DNA of 64,000 nt from an uncultured Nonlabens sp. Its GTDB lineage: Bacteria > Bacteroidota > Bacteroidia > Flavobacteriales > Flavobacteriaceae. Position 1 is the stretch's first letter. Each line of letters begins with the position of its first letter. The notes under the pieces were generated by a model that had not been told where the DNA came from, searched no databases, and saw only the letters and a list, made by a program, of their open reading frames with translations. This document shows positions 51,635 through 62,656 of the stretch, piece after piece. The position numbers and the translations under genes are program-made. Location of the stretch: assembly GCA_947491755.1 (NCBI GenBank), contig CANLKV010000005.1, positions 27,103 to 91,102 on the forward strand, given 5' to 3'.

Positions 51635-51670
51635 AAAAAGAGCGATACAACAGTGCGTATCGCTCTTTTT
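51635..51670. terminator. Bidirectional terminator between ggt and aconitase
   Basis: AAAAAGAGCGATAC...GTATCGCTCTTTTT. Confidence 0.85.
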
Positions 51671-51689
51671 GTGTACAAAAACAGTCTAA

Positions 51690-53957
51690 TTAAGCTGCGT
51701 TTTCTTCCTTAATTAAGTTGAGTGCACTACCCTTACGGTACCACATTATTTGTGCATCGTTGTAAGTGTGGTTTACTTTAATAGTGTCCTTAGACCCATC
51801 TTTATGTACCAGTTCTACAGTCAATTGCTTGTCTGGCGCAAAGTCTTCTAGGTCAATAAAGTTAAATGTATCATCTTCCTGAATCAGATCGTAGTCTGAC
51901 TCGTTTGCAAATGTTACCCCTAGCATTCCTTGCTTTTTGAGATTAGTCTCATGGATGCGAGCAAAAGATTTTACGATAACCACGTAAACACCCAGGTGTC
52001 TAGGCTCCATCGCAGCATGCTCTCTTGACGACCCTTCTCCATAATTATGATCCCCTACAACTACTGTAGGTATGCCAGCTGCCTTATAAGCACGCTGTGT
52101 TTTAGGCACGGCATCATACTCGCCATCAATCTGACTTTTTACAAGATTAGTTTGCTTGTTAAATGCATTTACTGCGCCTATCAAACAGTTGTTAGAAATA
52201 TTATCTAGGTGACCGCGGTACTTCAACCATGGTCCCGCCATAGAAATATGGTCCGTAGTACATTTACCGTAAGCCTTTATTAGGAGTTTTGCTCCCATTA
52301 AATTCTTACCGTCCCACGGCTCAAAAGGAGTGAGAAGTTGTAAGCGGTCGCTGTCTGGAGATACACTTACTTTTACATTGCTACCGTCTGCGACTGGCGC
52401 CTCATAACCTGCATCTTCTACCTCAAAACCTTTAGGAGGCAATTCAATACCAGATGGCTCTTCCAACATGACTTCCTCGCCATCCTCGTTGATCAATTTA
52501 TCGGTCATAGGATTGAAGTCCAAACGACCAGATATCGCAATAGCAGCAACCATCTCTGGTGAGCCTACAAAAGCATGCGTGTTAGGGTTACCATCAGCAC
52601 GCTTTGAAAAATTACGGTTAAAGGAGTGTACGATCGTATTTTTCTCGTCGCCCTTCATATCGCTACGATCCCATTGACCTATACAAGGTCCACAGGCATT
52701 TGTGAATATAGTGGCATCTAGATCTTCAAAGATCTTTAAGATTCCATCACGCTCTGCAGTGTATCTTATTTGCTCAGAACCTGGATTGATACCAAAATCA
52801 GATTTTGGCTTAATATTTTTCTTTACTGCTTGCTCTGCAATAGATGCTGCTCTCGTTAAATCTTCATAGGAAGAGTTCGTACAAGAACCTATCAGACCCC
52901 AGTCTACCTTAAGTGGCCAGTCGTGTTTTGCTGCCTTCTCTCCTAGCTGTCCTACCGGCGTTGCTAGATCTGGAGTAAAAGGTCCATTTAAATGTGGTAC
53001 TAGCTCGTCCAGGTTGATTTCAATTACTTGATCAAAATACTGCTCTGGATTTGCATACACCTCATCATCTGCGGTTAGATATTCTGCAATTTTATCTGCT
53101 TCATCAGCTATTTCTGCACGATCTGTTGCTCGCAAATATCTGGACATCGACTCATCATACCCAAAGGTAGAAGTCGTCGCTCCTATCTCTGCACCCATGT
53201 TACAAATAGTACCTTTACCTGTACAAGATAGGTTTTTTGCACCTTCGCCAAAGTATTCTACAATAGCTCCAGTACCACCTTTTACAGTAAGAATTCCTGC
53301 CACCTTCAAAATGACATCCTTTGCACTAGTCCAGCCGTTTATTTTACCTGTTAATTTTACACCTATCAATTTAGGAAACTTCAATTCCCATGGCATGCCC
53401 GCCATCACATCAACGGCGTCTGCACCGCCCACACCTACAGCGACCATTCCTAGACCACCAGCATTAACGGTGTGCGAGTCTGTACCAATCATCATTCCAC
53501 CAGGGAAAGCATAATTTTCTAGTACTACCTGGTGGATAATTCCAGCGCCAGGTTTCCAAAAACCTATACCGTATTTGTTACTGACAGATCCTAAAAATTC
53601 AAAAACCTCGTTGCTTACGTCATTTGCACGTGCAAGATCTTGTGCCGCACCTTGTTTTGCTTGAATCAAGTGATCACAATGCACTGTGGTAGGCACAGCA
53701 ACTTTACTCTTTCCAGCTTGCATAAATTGCAACAATGCCATTTGTGCAGTAGCATCTTGACAAGCAATACGATCTGGCGCAAAATCAACATAATCTTTAC
53801 CTCTGGTAAAAGGCTTATCGGTTGTTTCATCCCACAAGTGAGCATAAAGAATTTTTTCTGAAAGTGTAAGTGGTTTCCCTACTACCTCGCGCGCTTTATC
53901 AACGCGGGATGGCATGGTTTTATACACTTTTTTGATCATGTCAATATCAAAGGCCAT
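51690..53957 (-). CDS. Aconitate hydratase (mitochondrial-type, as in Bacteroidota)
   Basis: [46 protein letters not shown]. Confidence 0.95.
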   Translation of the reverse strand: MAFDIDMIKKVYKTMPSRVDKAREVVGKPLTLSEKILYAHLWDETTDKPFTRGKDYVDFAPDRIACQDATAQMALLQFMQAGKSKVAVPTTVHCDHLIQAKQGAAQDLARANDVSNEVFEFLGSVSNKYGIGFWKPGAGIIHQVVLENYAFPGGMMIGTDSHTVNAGGLGMVAVGVGGADAVDVMAGMPWELKFPKLIGVKLTGKINGWTSAKDVILKVAGILTVKGGTGAIVEYFGEGAKNLSCTGKGTICNMGAEIGATTSTFGYDESMSRYLRATDRAEIADEADKIAEYLTADDEVYANPEQYFDQVIEINLDELVPHLNGPFTPDLATPVGQLGEKAAKHDWPLKVDWGLIGSCTNSSYEDLTRAASIAEQAVKKNIKPKSDFGINPGSEQIRYTAERDGILKIFEDLDATIFTNACGPCIGQWDRSDMKGDEKNTIVHSFNRNFSKRADGNPNTHAFVGSPEMVAAIAISGRLDFNPMTDKLINEDGEEVMLEEPSGIELPPKGFEVEDAGYEAPVADGSNVKVSVSPDSDRLQLLTPFEPWDGKNLMGAKLLIKAYGKCTTDHISMAGPWLKYRGHLDNISNNCLIGAVNAFNKQTNLVKSQIDGEYDAVPKTQRAYKAAGIPTVVVGDHNYGEGSSREHAAMEPRHLGVYVVIVKSFARIHETNLKKQGMLGVTFANESDYDLIQEDDTFNFIDLEDFAPDKQLTVELVHKDGSKDTIKVNHTYNDAQIMWYRKGSALNLIKEENAA

Positions 53958-54157
53958 ATGTTGTAATTATTAATTAATTCTTGGGTAGCGAATTTACGAA
54001 ATACAGAGGCTATTCTAAAATATGCCTTGCTCTAAAGCGGTGGGAGCTATTTATTTGCCATTTAAACAATCCTGAGAGGTCTAAATTTCATATCCACAGC
54101 CTAGCATAGTAATTTTTGCCGAATTCTCAACAAAACTTACTTTATCCAGTTTTAGTT

Positions 54158-54173
54158 CGCTTTCGCGAAAGCG
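54158..54173. repeat. 16-bp palindrome copy, perfect, intergenic (20-bp with TT/AA flanks)
   Basis: TTCGCTTTCGCGAAAGCGAA. Confidence 0.95.
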
Positions 54174-54187
54174 AATTTATAAGCCAC

Positions 54188-54373
54188 TTAAGACTCTCTA
54201 CGGCGTTTTACCCAGATTTTAACGGCAAGAAGAAGACCTAAAGTGTCGATTGCATAGCCTGTAAAAAACAAAATGGTAGAGACTAACGGACTGGCTTGCC
54301 TCAATACTGCACTCACGCCTATAAGCATCCCGCCTATAAATAATAGCAGCAATGGTGTGACGTAATGAGCCAT
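54188..54373 (-). CDS. Small 2-TM hypothetical protein at the end of the surA-moxR operon
   Basis: 61 aa; ATG is 2 nt after the moxR stop. Confidence 0.55.
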   Translation of the reverse strand: MAHYVTPLLLLFIGGMLIGVSAVLRQASPLVSTILFFTGYAIDTLGLLLAVKIWVKRRRES

Positions 54374-54375
54374 AT

Positions 54376-55329
54376 TTATAATATCTGAGAAATCAGACTA
54401 TCCTCTGTAAAACCCTCTGCCTCGGCTTTATAATTTTTTATAATCCGGTGGCGCAAGATGCCCGTTGAGACTGCTTTTACATCCTCAATATCTGGACTGT
54501 ATTTGCCGTGAATTGCTGCATGCGTTTTTGCAGCGAGGATCAAATTTTGTGAGGCTCTAGGTCCTGCACCCCAATCTATGTACTGCTTGATTACATCTGG
54601 CGCTTGATCGCTGGCAGGCCTTGTTTTACCCACCAGGCGTACCGCATATTCAACCACATTATCTGCCACTGGAATACGACGTACTAACTGTTGTAAATCT
54701 ATTATTTGCTGCGCATTAAATAGTGCATTAACTTGTGGTTTATGATCTGATGTGGTTGCTTTTACCACCGCTACCTCTTCTTCATAAGAAGGATATTCTA
54801 GATTGATAGCAAACATAAAACGATCCAGTTGAGCCTCTGGTAACGGGTAGGTACCTTCCTGCTCGATTGGATTTTGAGTGGCCAAAACAAAATATGGATT
54901 AGAAAGCTCATAACGCTGCCCTGCAACTGTTACAGACCTTTCTTGCATGGCTTCTAGTAGCGCTGCCTGAGTTTTGGGTGGGGTACGATTGATCTCGTCT
55001 GCTAGTATAATATTAGCAAATACAGGCCCTTTCAAAAATTTGAATTTACGATCCTGATCCAGGATTTCACTACCTAATATATCAGAGGGCATAAGATCTG
55101 GAGTAAACTGAATGCGCTTAAAATCCAGACCCAGTGCTGCAGCAATGGTATTAACCATTAAGGTTTTTGCAAGTCCTGGTACTCCCACTAGCAAGGAATG
55201 CCCACCAGAAAAAATACTGATCAAAATCTGATCTATCACTTTTTCTTGACCGACGATAACTTTGGCAATCTCCTTTTTTAATTCTTGGTGTCTGACTACC
55301 AGTTGATCAATCGCAGCAACATCTGACAT
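54376..55329 (-). CDS. MoxR family AAA+ ATPase
   Basis: GVPGLAKT, RIQFTPDLMPSD, LADEINRTPPKTQ, ATQNPIEQEGTYPLPEAQLDRF. Confidence 0.95.
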   Translation of the reverse strand: MSDVAAIDQLVVRHQELKKEIAKVIVGQEKVIDQILISIFSGGHSLLVGVPGLAKTLMVNTIAAALGLDFKRIQFTPDLMPSDILGSEILDQDRKFKFLKGPVFANIILADEINRTPPKTQAALLEAMQERSVTVAGQRYELSNPYFVLATQNPIEQEGTYPLPEAQLDRFMFAINLEYPSYEEEVAVVKATTSDHKPQVNALFNAQQIIDLQQLVRRIPVADNVVEYAVRLVGKTRPASDQAPDVIKQYIDWGAGPRASQNLILAAKTHAAIHGKYSPDIEDVKAVSTGILRHRIIKNYKAEAEGFTEDSLISQIL

Positions 55330-55340
55330 AGGTAATTTTA

Positions 55341-56819
55341 TTATTTAGTCCACTCTTGTAAAAGCTCACAATCCTTAAAGTCTTCACCTATTTTAATGTA
55401 GGTATCTTTAATTTTTTCATCACGCCATTCTGCAATGCGCCTTACTTGTTTATCGCGCAGTGCTAGATCTTTTATCTTACCATAGTCTGAGGCATAATTT
55501 GCCTCGTGATCTCCTACTTTCCTGATTAAATTTACAATGGTAAATGATGTTGCGCCTGTCCCACGCGGGTCCTTTTCTTCTATAATTCCGCTTACATCAC
55601 CTTCTTGCAAAAATTGTACAGAAGAGACAATGCTGGATGATATAAATCGCGGAGCAATTTTTGAAAGGTCTAGCAAGTTTTCACCTGTGATAGGATTTAC
55701 AAACAACCCACCTTTTTCTGCAGTTTCTTTTTCATCACTTATGGCTCTTGCGGCATCTGCAAATGTGGTGTCACCTTGAACGATTTTGTCTCTCATAGCG
55801 TCTAGCTTTGCACGAGCTTTCGCCTCTTGAGCACGGCTTATGTAAGGGTATTGCAATATGTGTCGCACATCACGCACTTGACCACGCACTTTTTCTACAT
55901 AAAGTATATGCCAACCAAATGCGGTTTCAAATGGTTTGCTTATTTCACCCTCGTTTAATGAGAAGGCTTGTTCTTTAAATTCTTTAGCATATGGATCGGA
56001 TCGTCGCATGGATAACACTCCACCTGATCTCTCTGTTCCTATATCTTCAGAAAAAAGAGTTGCTTTTGCGGCAAAGTCGGCACCATTGTACAGTACATCA
56101 TCGCGGTATTCATTTAACTTATCAATAGTTTGCTGCACTGACTCCTCACTGGGCTTTGATTTGACCACGATACGCGCTATTTCAACTTCAGAGTTGATAA
56201 GAGGGCGTTGATCTTCTGGTATTTTTGAGAAAAACTGACGTACTTCTTCTGGTGTGATTTGAATGTCTTGTGTAAGACGTTCTTGCATGCGAGAGGCTAG
56301 CAATTCATCGCGATTAATGACATTCAACTCGTCCCGCAATTGTTGGATATTATCCTTACGGTAGAAACGTGCAAGGTCTTCATCGCTTGCGCCATTTAGT
56401 TCGTTTTTCAAGAATTCAATACGTTGCGTAGTGGCATTCTCAATCTCTGCATCACTTACGGTTATACTGTCCTGTATGGCGTGGTGGGCATAAAGTTTTG
56501 AGCCTAGTAAAGACTCCATGATATCACATTTTGTAAGGTCATTTAATTGTCCCCTGCGCTTTAATTCATTGAGTTGAGCACTAATATCAGAATCCAAAAC
56601 GACATAATCGCCTATCACTCCTGATACACCATCTATTTTATACCGCATTGCTTTAGGCTTAACGGTATCTTTAAGTGCGGCAAGCACCTCGTTTTTAATG
56701 GCCTCGTCCTGGGTTGTAGTTGCAGTTTGTGCGATCATCGCTTCCGCGAAAGCGAACATTACTAAAACACTGAGCCAACTACGGATAGATTTTGAGTTTA
56801 TTGCTTTCAATTGCATCAT
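55341..56819 (-). CDS. SurA-like chaperone/parvulin PPIase
   Basis: KIDGVSGVIG..VLDSD SurA N-domain; two rotamase domains (FSEDIG..., ETAFGWHI, ISDEKET). Confidence 0.85.
   Translation of the reverse strand: MMQLKAINSKSIRSWLSVLVMFAFAEAMIAQTATTTQDEAIKNEVLAALKDTVKPKAMRYKIDGVSGVIGDYVVLDSDISAQLNELKRRGQLNDLTKCDIMESLLGSKLYAHHAIQDSITVSDAEIENATTQRIEFLKNELNGASDEDLARFYRKDNIQQLRDELNVINRDELLASRMQERLTQDIQITPEEVRQFFSKIPEDQRPLINSEVEIARIVVKSKPSEESVQQTIDKLNEYRDDVLYNGADFAAKATLFSEDIGTERSGGVLSMRRSDPYAKEFKEQAFSLNEGEISKPFETAFGWHILYVEKVRGQVRDVRHILQYPYISRAQEAKARAKLDAMRDKIVQGDTTFADAARAISDEKETAEKGGLFVNPITGENLLDLSKIAPRFISSSIVSSVQFLQEGDVSGIIEEKDPRGTGATSFTIVNLIRKVGDHEANYASDYGKIKDLALRDKQVRRIAEWRDEKIKDTYIKIGEDFKDCELLQEWTK
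56739..56754. repeat. 16-bp palindrome copy, 1 mismatch, in the SurA signal peptide (AFAEA)
   Basis: CGCTTCCGCGAAAGCG. Confidence 0.9.
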
Positions 56820-57645
56820 TTAATAAATCCTTTTCTATTTTTTTTATAAAAGCCAGCTTGCGCTGATTAAGTAAAATCTGTTTTATGGTAGGGTTGACGT
56901 AAGATAAAGGCGCCGGTTCACCGCGACGTAGCACGTCTTTAAAGCGCACCAAATATACATCAAGACTATCTTGTAATCGCCAGGTTTGACCAGGTATTAC
57001 ATACTGCGACTCGTTTGCTGCGGTAATGGGCGCTACTCGTTCTAACAATATGTTCTTTTTGACCCATACGGTATCATTTAATAAAGAAGATTTAAAACTT
57101 AAAGAAAGGCTGTCTAGATTTTTTAAGCTTTCCTTGCTTCCTTTATCAAACCACTTGCTGATGTTTTCCAGTTGAGAGTAAGTTTGATCTACATGAACGT
57201 ATCTAAATTTAATTAAATCTTCGTTTAAAATAAACTCGTCACGATGTGCTTCAAAATAATCTTCTATCTCTTGTGCAGGAATGGTGGTATCCAGGCTTTG
57301 TTTGATCAATTCTTGAAGATAGGCCTGACTATATAACTCCGTTTTATAACGTTCTATAAGTAGATTTAGACTGGCTTGTTTATCACTATCTATGTTTTGA
57401 AAAGCATTGCGCATCAACATGCGGTTTGTCGCCCAGGTATCGATGTATTTTTGAACAATAAGAGCAGAGTCTGCCTTTGTATAATCTGCTGGTAATAGTG
57501 CTAGAACCTCTGCCCTAGACAAATAACTATCTTCTAGTTGTGCAACTGTATCTATAGGTTGTTCTTGATTAAAATAAGAACAAGACACCAGTAGGTGCAC
57601 TACTATCAGGCTATAAAAGATCTTATGCGCGCTTTTTTTGTTCAA
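56779..57645 (-). CDS. Peptidyl-prolyl isomerase-associated lipoprotein (SurA-like)
   Basis: Lipobox LVSC; EIEDYFEAH and PLSYVNPTIKQILLNQRK helical SurA-type segments. Confidence 0.75.
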   Translation of the reverse strand: MNKKSAHKIFYSLIVVHLLVSCSYFNQEQPIDTVAQLEDSYLSRAEVLALLPADYTKADSALIVQKYIDTWATNRMLMRNAFQNIDSDKQASLNLLIERYKTELYSQAYLQELIKQSLDTTIPAQEIEDYFEAHRDEFILNEDLIKFRYVHVDQTYSQLENISKWFDKGSKESLKNLDSLSLSFKSSLLNDTVWVKKNILLERVAPITAANESQYVIPGQTWRLQDSLDVYLVRFKDVLRRGEPAPLSYVNPTIKQILLNQRKLAFIKKIEKDLLNDAIESNKLKIYP

Positions 57646-59605
57646 TTTCTTTTTTTAATCGATTCAAGACTTTTTCATTTATTGAAATAGTACGTCCCTC
57701 TCGTAAACCATCCAGCCATTGTTTTTCTAAAACTTGCTGGTAATCGTTAATCACGGCACCACGAGCCTCCTCAAATTCTTTGATAGCTGGTGGTAATATT
57801 TGTTTTACACGTATAACTTTATAAAAACCATTTCCTTCTTTTTCAAATACTCTAGACACTCCTAGCGCAACTTCAAATTCCTGCGGCAATCTGGAGTAGG
57901 TATCTTCTACCACACCGCTAGATACCATGACCTTTGTATCTCCTTTATCATTAATGGCTGTCTTTATTTGTTCTATCGTAGCATCCTCTTTTAACATGGT
58001 AACGACTTCCTCTGCTGCTTGTGCCGTGGTGATTTGAAATAAATCTAAATCTAGACGGCGCTTCCATTTGTACTGCTCCTTATTAATGTCATAATATTTT
58101 TTTTGACCCAGGCTGTCTTTTTTGGCGGCTTCCCATACTTTTTGTTCCATTAATTCAAAGAGAAGCAAGCCTTCTTTATATTCTTGATATAGAAATGCAA
58201 AATCTTCATTATCTCTTTCTAGGTGCTCGTCGTAATAATCTATGATCGTTTTGCCTACAAACTCTTTATAGTATTGATTTAGTTTTTCCTCAAGACCACT
58301 ATACTGCCGCGCATCCTTTAACTGTTTCTGCCCAGCAAATTCATAGAAGTCCATTGTAGTTACAGGACGATTTTCAATAGCAAATAATTCATTCTTATTA
58401 AAGTCTGCTGCCTCCATCTTCCATGTACCAGTTAGTAAAGAATCATTCACTGCGTTAAAACGCTGGGTAAAGGATCTTATAACTGGTAATTGGACTTCAT
58501 ATGTGCTTAAAAGTTTATTTGTAAAAGCCTCTGTAATTTTTCTAGAACGTTCTGATTTCTTTATCTGCTCTCTTAGTCCTTTTTCTGCCTCTTCAAAAGT
58601 CGGTATTGGAAATTTCTCTAATAGCTGTATAATGTGGTAGCCAAAATTTGTTTTAATTGGTTTTGAAAAACTTCCTATCTCAGTAAGTTCAAATGCTGCT
58701 TGCTCAAATTCTGGAGAGTTCAAACCACCTGTACCAAAACGTGGCAGTTTACCGCCATTACTTGCGCTATTTATATCCTCAGAAAACTCTCGCGCCATCT
58801 GATCAAATTCTTTTCCTTCTTGCAGTTGCTCATAAATCTGATAAATACGCTCCCTAGCATCCATGGTGCTATCTGGACGTTTATCATAGGTCATAATATG
58901 TGCCACTACTACATCTTGCGGTGTTTTACGTGTAGCGTTTACTTTAAGAATATGGTAACCAAAATCAGTCCTGAAAATATCTGACACTTGTCCCACTGGG
59001 GTAGCATATGCTGCAGTCTCAAAATCAAAAACCATTTTAAAAGGCCCGAACCAGCCCAGAGCACCGTTAGTTGCAGCACTGGGTCCCTCACTCTCATTAC
59101 GAGCTATTGATTCAAAATCTGCACCCGCATCAATACGTTTTTTTATAGCTTCTATCTTGCGGTAAGCGGCTAGTGTATCTACAGGTGTGGCAGCGCGATC
59201 CACTTTAATGAGAATATGACTCGCATTAACCTCATTATTCATTCGATAATATGCCTCTTTTACTAAGGCGTCTGTAACTTCATTATCTGTTAAATAAGCT
59301 TTTGATAAACTCTCGCGGTAGGATTGCAATTCGTTTCTGTACCCCTCATTATTTTGCAATCCTAATTCAATTGCTTGTAATAATTTAAGACGGTAATCAA
59401 TGTATAATTGCAAGTAGTTGTCTAGATCTTTCTGGGATTCGTCCTGGACGATGTCTAGATTTTTAGAATAAACCTTTATAAAAGTACCTGCATCGTAATC
59501 ATTCCCGTCAATGGTGAGCAGCGTCTCCTGTTTTAAGTCTTGCGCTACACATACATGCATTTGACAAAAAAGTAGAAGACTTAAAAACTTAATAAATCGA
59601 TTCAT
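57623..59605 (-). CDS. Multi-domain parvulin-type peptidylprolyl isomerase
   Basis: VNASHILIK, GALGWFG..MVFDFETAAY, TDFGYHIL, second rotamase domain SEDINSASNGGKL. Confidence 0.88.
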   Translation of the reverse strand: MNRFIKFLSLLLFCQMHVCVAQDLKQETLLTIDGNDYDAGTFIKVYSKNLDIVQDESQKDLDNYLQLYIDYRLKLLQAIELGLQNNEGYRNELQSYRESLSKAYLTDNEVTDALVKEAYYRMNNEVNASHILIKVDRAATPVDTLAAYRKIEAIKKRIDAGADFESIARNESEGPSAATNGALGWFGPFKMVFDFETAAYATPVGQVSDIFRTDFGYHILKVNATRKTPQDVVVAHIMTYDKRPDSTMDARERIYQIYEQLQEGKEFDQMAREFSEDINSASNGGKLPRFGTGGLNSPEFEQAAFELTEIGSFSKPIKTNFGYHIIQLLEKFPIPTFEEAEKGLREQIKKSERSRKITEAFTNKLLSTYEVQLPVIRSFTQRFNAVNDSLLTGTWKMEAADFNKNELFAIENRPVTTMDFYEFAGQKQLKDARQYSGLEEKLNQYYKEFVGKTIIDYYDEHLERDNEDFAFLYQEYKEGLLLFELMEQKVWEAAKKDSLGQKKYYDINKEQYKWKRRLDLDLFQITTAQAAEEVVTMLKEDATIEQIKTAINDKGDTKVMVSSGVVEDTYSRLPQEFEVALGVSRVFEKEGNGFYKVIRVKQILPPAIKEFEEARGAVINDYQQVLEKQWLDGLREGRTISINEKVLNRLKKEIEQKKRA

Positions 59606-59727
59606 AGGCTATATTTAACCGCAATGCCCAAAAATAGACAAAAGCAATAGGGGAACAAAACGCTACAACTTTGCAATTAGTATGAAAATGTTGTCAATTA
59701 AGCGACCTATTTACGAACTTACTTTAT

Positions 59728-60201
59728 ATGACAAATCAGCACAAGATCACGATCAATCAGCCTATTAAAAGAGTCATGGAATTATTTGATAATCCAGAGA
59801 ATTTTAAGCACTGGCAACAAGGTCTTATTTCTACACAGAATATTACCTCTAGCGTGGGTAAAGTGGGTAGTAAACGTCGCATGAAAATCAAAACCAGTGT
59901 TGCCGTGATCACTATGGTTGAAGAAATCACGGCTAGGGACTTACCACATTTATGGGAAGCCACTTATCGCACAAAGGGAGTAGTGAATTACCAGAAAAAT
60001 CGCTTCCGCGAAAGCGAAATAAATAAAGAAGGCACCATACAAAAACAGACGATATGGGAGGCGACTACTGTATTTAAATTCACAGGGATGATGCGGCTGG
60101 TAGCTCGAGCTAGACCTCAAGTTTTTGAATCGCAGACATTGCAATTCATGAAAGATTTTAAAAGATTTGCAGAGGAAGGTATCTCTGTGGCTGAATCATA
60201 A
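59728..60201 (+). CDS. SRPBCC/START-like family protein
   Basis: ITINQPIKRVMELFDNPENFKHWQ; C-terminal amphipathic helix FKRFAE. Confidence 0.8.
   Translation: MTNQHKITINQPIKRVMELFDNPENFKHWQQGLISTQNITSSVGKVGSKRRMKIKTSVAVITMVEEITARDLPHLWEATYRTKGVVNYQKNRFRESEINKEGTIQKQTIWEATTVFKFTGMMRLVARARPQVFESQTLQFMKDFKRFAEEGISVAES
60001..60016. repeat. 16-bp palindrome copy, 1 mismatch, inside the SRPBCC gene (RFRES)
   Basis: CGCTTCCGCGAAAGCG. Confidence 0.9.
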
Positions 60202-60202
60202 A

Positions 60203-60225
60203 AAAACCGCCTCGCAGGCGGTTTT
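60203..60225. terminator. Bidirectional terminator
   Basis: AAAACCGCCT-cgc-AGGCGGTTTT between convergent genes. Confidence 0.75.
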
Positions 60226-60250
60226 CTAAAATTTTTCCGAGCTCGATCCT

Positions 60251-60889
60251 TTAGGAGTCTAATGTTTCTTGTTCAAGCGCTTTGCTGATTAATTGATCGC
60301 CACTAAGTATTTCAAACGTACTGCGATTTGCAACAGTATCGTGCAATACCCTAGTTAGCACTTGTGCAACATCTTCTCTAGGAATTTCACCTTTTTGATT
60401 GAGGGTATCTGTAAGGGTGATATGGTCTGTGGCTTTTTCGTTATTTAAAGTTCCAGGCCTTACGATGGTATAATTTAATGCAGATCGCTTTAAATGCTCA
60501 TCGGCGCGATGTTTTGCTTTTAAATAATCTTGCAATTGATCTGCTTTTTCTGGTTGATCTGCGCCACGAGAGCTGAGCATGACAAACTTTTTAACGCGAT
60601 TTGCGCCAGCTGCATCGATCATTTTGATCGCACCATTCTGGTCTACAGCCTCTACTTTTTTACCACCAGATCCAGCGGCAAAAACAACCTTGTCTATATT
60701 ATTAAAAGCTGGGTACACGTCCCCTTCTAGATCTGCAAGAACCGTTTCAATGTGACGTGATTCAAATTGCTGTCTTTGCTCCTCTTTGCGCACCATTGCA
60801 ATAGGTTTAAAGTATTGCGATGATTCTAATAGATTAACAACTATATTTCCTGTGGTGCCCGTTGCACCTGCGACTAAAATTCTTTCCAT
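60251..60889 (-). CDS. Atypical SDR / NAD(P)H-binding protein
   Basis: LVAGATGTTG, VVFAAGSGG, YLKAK, YTIVRPG. Confidence 0.88.
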   Translation of the reverse strand: MERILVAGATGTTGNIVVNLLESSQYFKPIAMVRKEEQRQQFESRHIETVLADLEGDVYPAFNNIDKVVFAAGSGGKKVEAVDQNGAIKMIDAAGANRVKKFVMLSSRGADQPEKADQLQDYLKAKHRADEHLKRSALNYTIVRPGTLNNEKATDHITLTDTLNQKGEIPREDVAQVLTRVLHDTVANRSTFEILSGDQLISKALEQETLDS

Positions 60890-60978
60890 ATTTTAAAATA
60901 ACGTATTGATTGACTAATTGTGTGAATACTATGTTGTTTAACGCCGCTTTAATACAGGCTGTTTCTTAAATTTAGGCC

Positions 60979-61215
60979 ATGAGAAAGCTTAAACTAATAT
61001 GGGACTTTAAAGGTCCAGACGGTCTTAAAACCGCACAGCATCATCTAATTCATCTGGAAGAGTATGCGGTAGCACAGCAATTAAACTGCCTAGGGAAAGG
61101 AGTAGAAAAAATAAGCGATCACCACCACGTATGCTATCTTGCCGTCAATGAGGAAGATATGCCTATTGTGAGAGATCAATTAAAGCCTCATCGCGGTCAA
61201 TTATGGACAGACTAG
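60979..61215 (+). CDS. Small conserved hypothetical protein
   Basis: 78 aa, MRKLKLIWDF...LKPHRG; overlaps the next start by 13 nt. Confidence 0.7.
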   Translation: MRKLKLIWDFKGPDGLKTAQHHLIHLEEYAVAQQLNCLGKGVEKISDHHHVCYLAVNEEDMPIVRDQLKPHRGQLWTD

Positions 61216-62594
61216 ACTTAATAAATAATTTAAAGCAACTCCTGCCAGAAGGTGCCTTTTTAAGTGGTGAGCATATACAATCCCGCTATGATCACATCTG
61301 GAGAATGGACCAGCCCACCGCGGCTATAGGTGTAGCGCTACCTAAAAGTACAGATGAAGTAAGTTCTATATTACAATATTGCAACAAACACCAGTTACCC
61401 GTGGTGATACATGGCGGATTGACCAATCTAGTGGGTGGGACAAAAACCAGTAATGACCAGGTCGTAATCTCTCTGGAAAGAATGAATCATATTGAAGAGA
61501 TAGATACTCACAGCCGCACGGTGACCATACAGTCTGGTGTAATTCTAGAACATCTGCATACCGCCCTAGAAGAACATCAACTTTCTTTCCCACTCAACTT
61601 TGGAGCGCGAGGCTCTGCCCAATTGGGAGGCATTATATCGTCTAATGCGGGTGGGTTGCGAGTTTTAAAATACGGGATGACCAGACAATTAATTCTGGGG
61701 CTAGAGGCTGTTCTAGCAAACGGTACCGTCATTAACTCTATGAAAAAAATCATTAAAGATAATTCTGGCTATGATCTCAAACAGCTATTTATAGGGTCTG
61801 AAGGCACCCTGGGAGTCATCACACGTGCCGTATTAAAATTAGAAGAAGCACCTAGCAGCCGTAATGCTGCTTATCTAGCGGTAAACGATTATTCTAGCGT
61901 GGTGCGTTTGCTCAAATTTTTTGACGCTCGTCTAGCGGGTAAGTTGAGTGGTTTTGAACTTATATGGAATAATACATACCGCCAGATGACCAGTACGAGT
62001 GATGCGGTAAGACCGCCACTGCCCTATGATTATGAATATTATATTTTAATTGAGTCTCTAGGGAATCAACCAGAGCAAGACCGGGCAGAATTTGAAAAAT
62101 TACTTGTAGAAACCATTGAGAAGGAAATGACACAGGATGCCGTTATGGCGCAATCTCCCAGTGAGGTAGAATGGTTTTTTAGAATAAGAGAGGATGTGAA
62201 TAACCTTACCGATAGTATGAATCACGATCAACATTTTGATATAAGCCTCCCGGTATCCTTAATAGGGGATTACATTTCTAATTGTTACGAGCAACTATAT
62301 AAAATCCAGGGTGTAGAGCAAGTATACGCCTTCGGTCATGTGGCAGATGGCAACATACACTTTATGATAGGTAAAATAAATCTAGATGATTCCCTACGGT
62401 TAGAGATAAATGATATCGTGTATAATGGATTAAAATCTATAGGAGGCTCCATCAGTGCAGAGCATGGTATTGGACTGGACAAAAAGGCCTATTTGTCTAT
62501 AAGCCGCACTCCTGCAGAAATTTCTTTAATGCAACAATTAAAGAATACCATGGATCCACTGCGCATACTCAATCCTGGTCGTATTGTAAATTAG
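61203..62594 (+). CDS. FAD-linked oxidase (D-2-hydroxyacid dehydrogenase-like)
   Basis: HGGLTNLVGG, SNAGG, GSEGTLGVIT, GHVADGNIH, ISAEHGIG, LNPG. Confidence 0.9.
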   Translation: MDRLDLINNLKQLLPEGAFLSGEHIQSRYDHIWRMDQPTAAIGVALPKSTDEVSSILQYCNKHQLPVVIHGGLTNLVGGTKTSNDQVVISLERMNHIEEIDTHSRTVTIQSGVILEHLHTALEEHQLSFPLNFGARGSAQLGGIISSNAGGLRVLKYGMTRQLILGLEAVLANGTVINSMKKIIKDNSGYDLKQLFIGSEGTLGVITRAVLKLEEAPSSRNAAYLAVNDYSSVVRLLKFFDARLAGKLSGFELIWNNTYRQMTSTSDAVRPPLPYDYEYYILIESLGNQPEQDRAEFEKLLVETIEKEMTQDAVMAQSPSEVEWFFRIREDVNNLTDSMNHDQHFDISLPVSLIGDYISNCYEQLYKIQGVEQVYAFGHVADGNIHFMIGKINLDDSLRLEINDIVYNGLKSIGGSISAEHGIGLDKKAYLSISRTPAEISLMQQLKNTMDPLRILNPGRIVN

Positions 62595-62608
62595 ATAATG
62601 AATGTGTT

Positions 62609-62624
62609 CGCTTTCGCGAAAGCG
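62609..62624. repeat. 16-bp palindrome copy, perfect, between convergent genes
   Basis: CGCTTTCGCGAAAGCG. Confidence 0.95.
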
Positions 62625-62656
62625 TAACTCCATACCTAACGATTGCATTTACGTTG

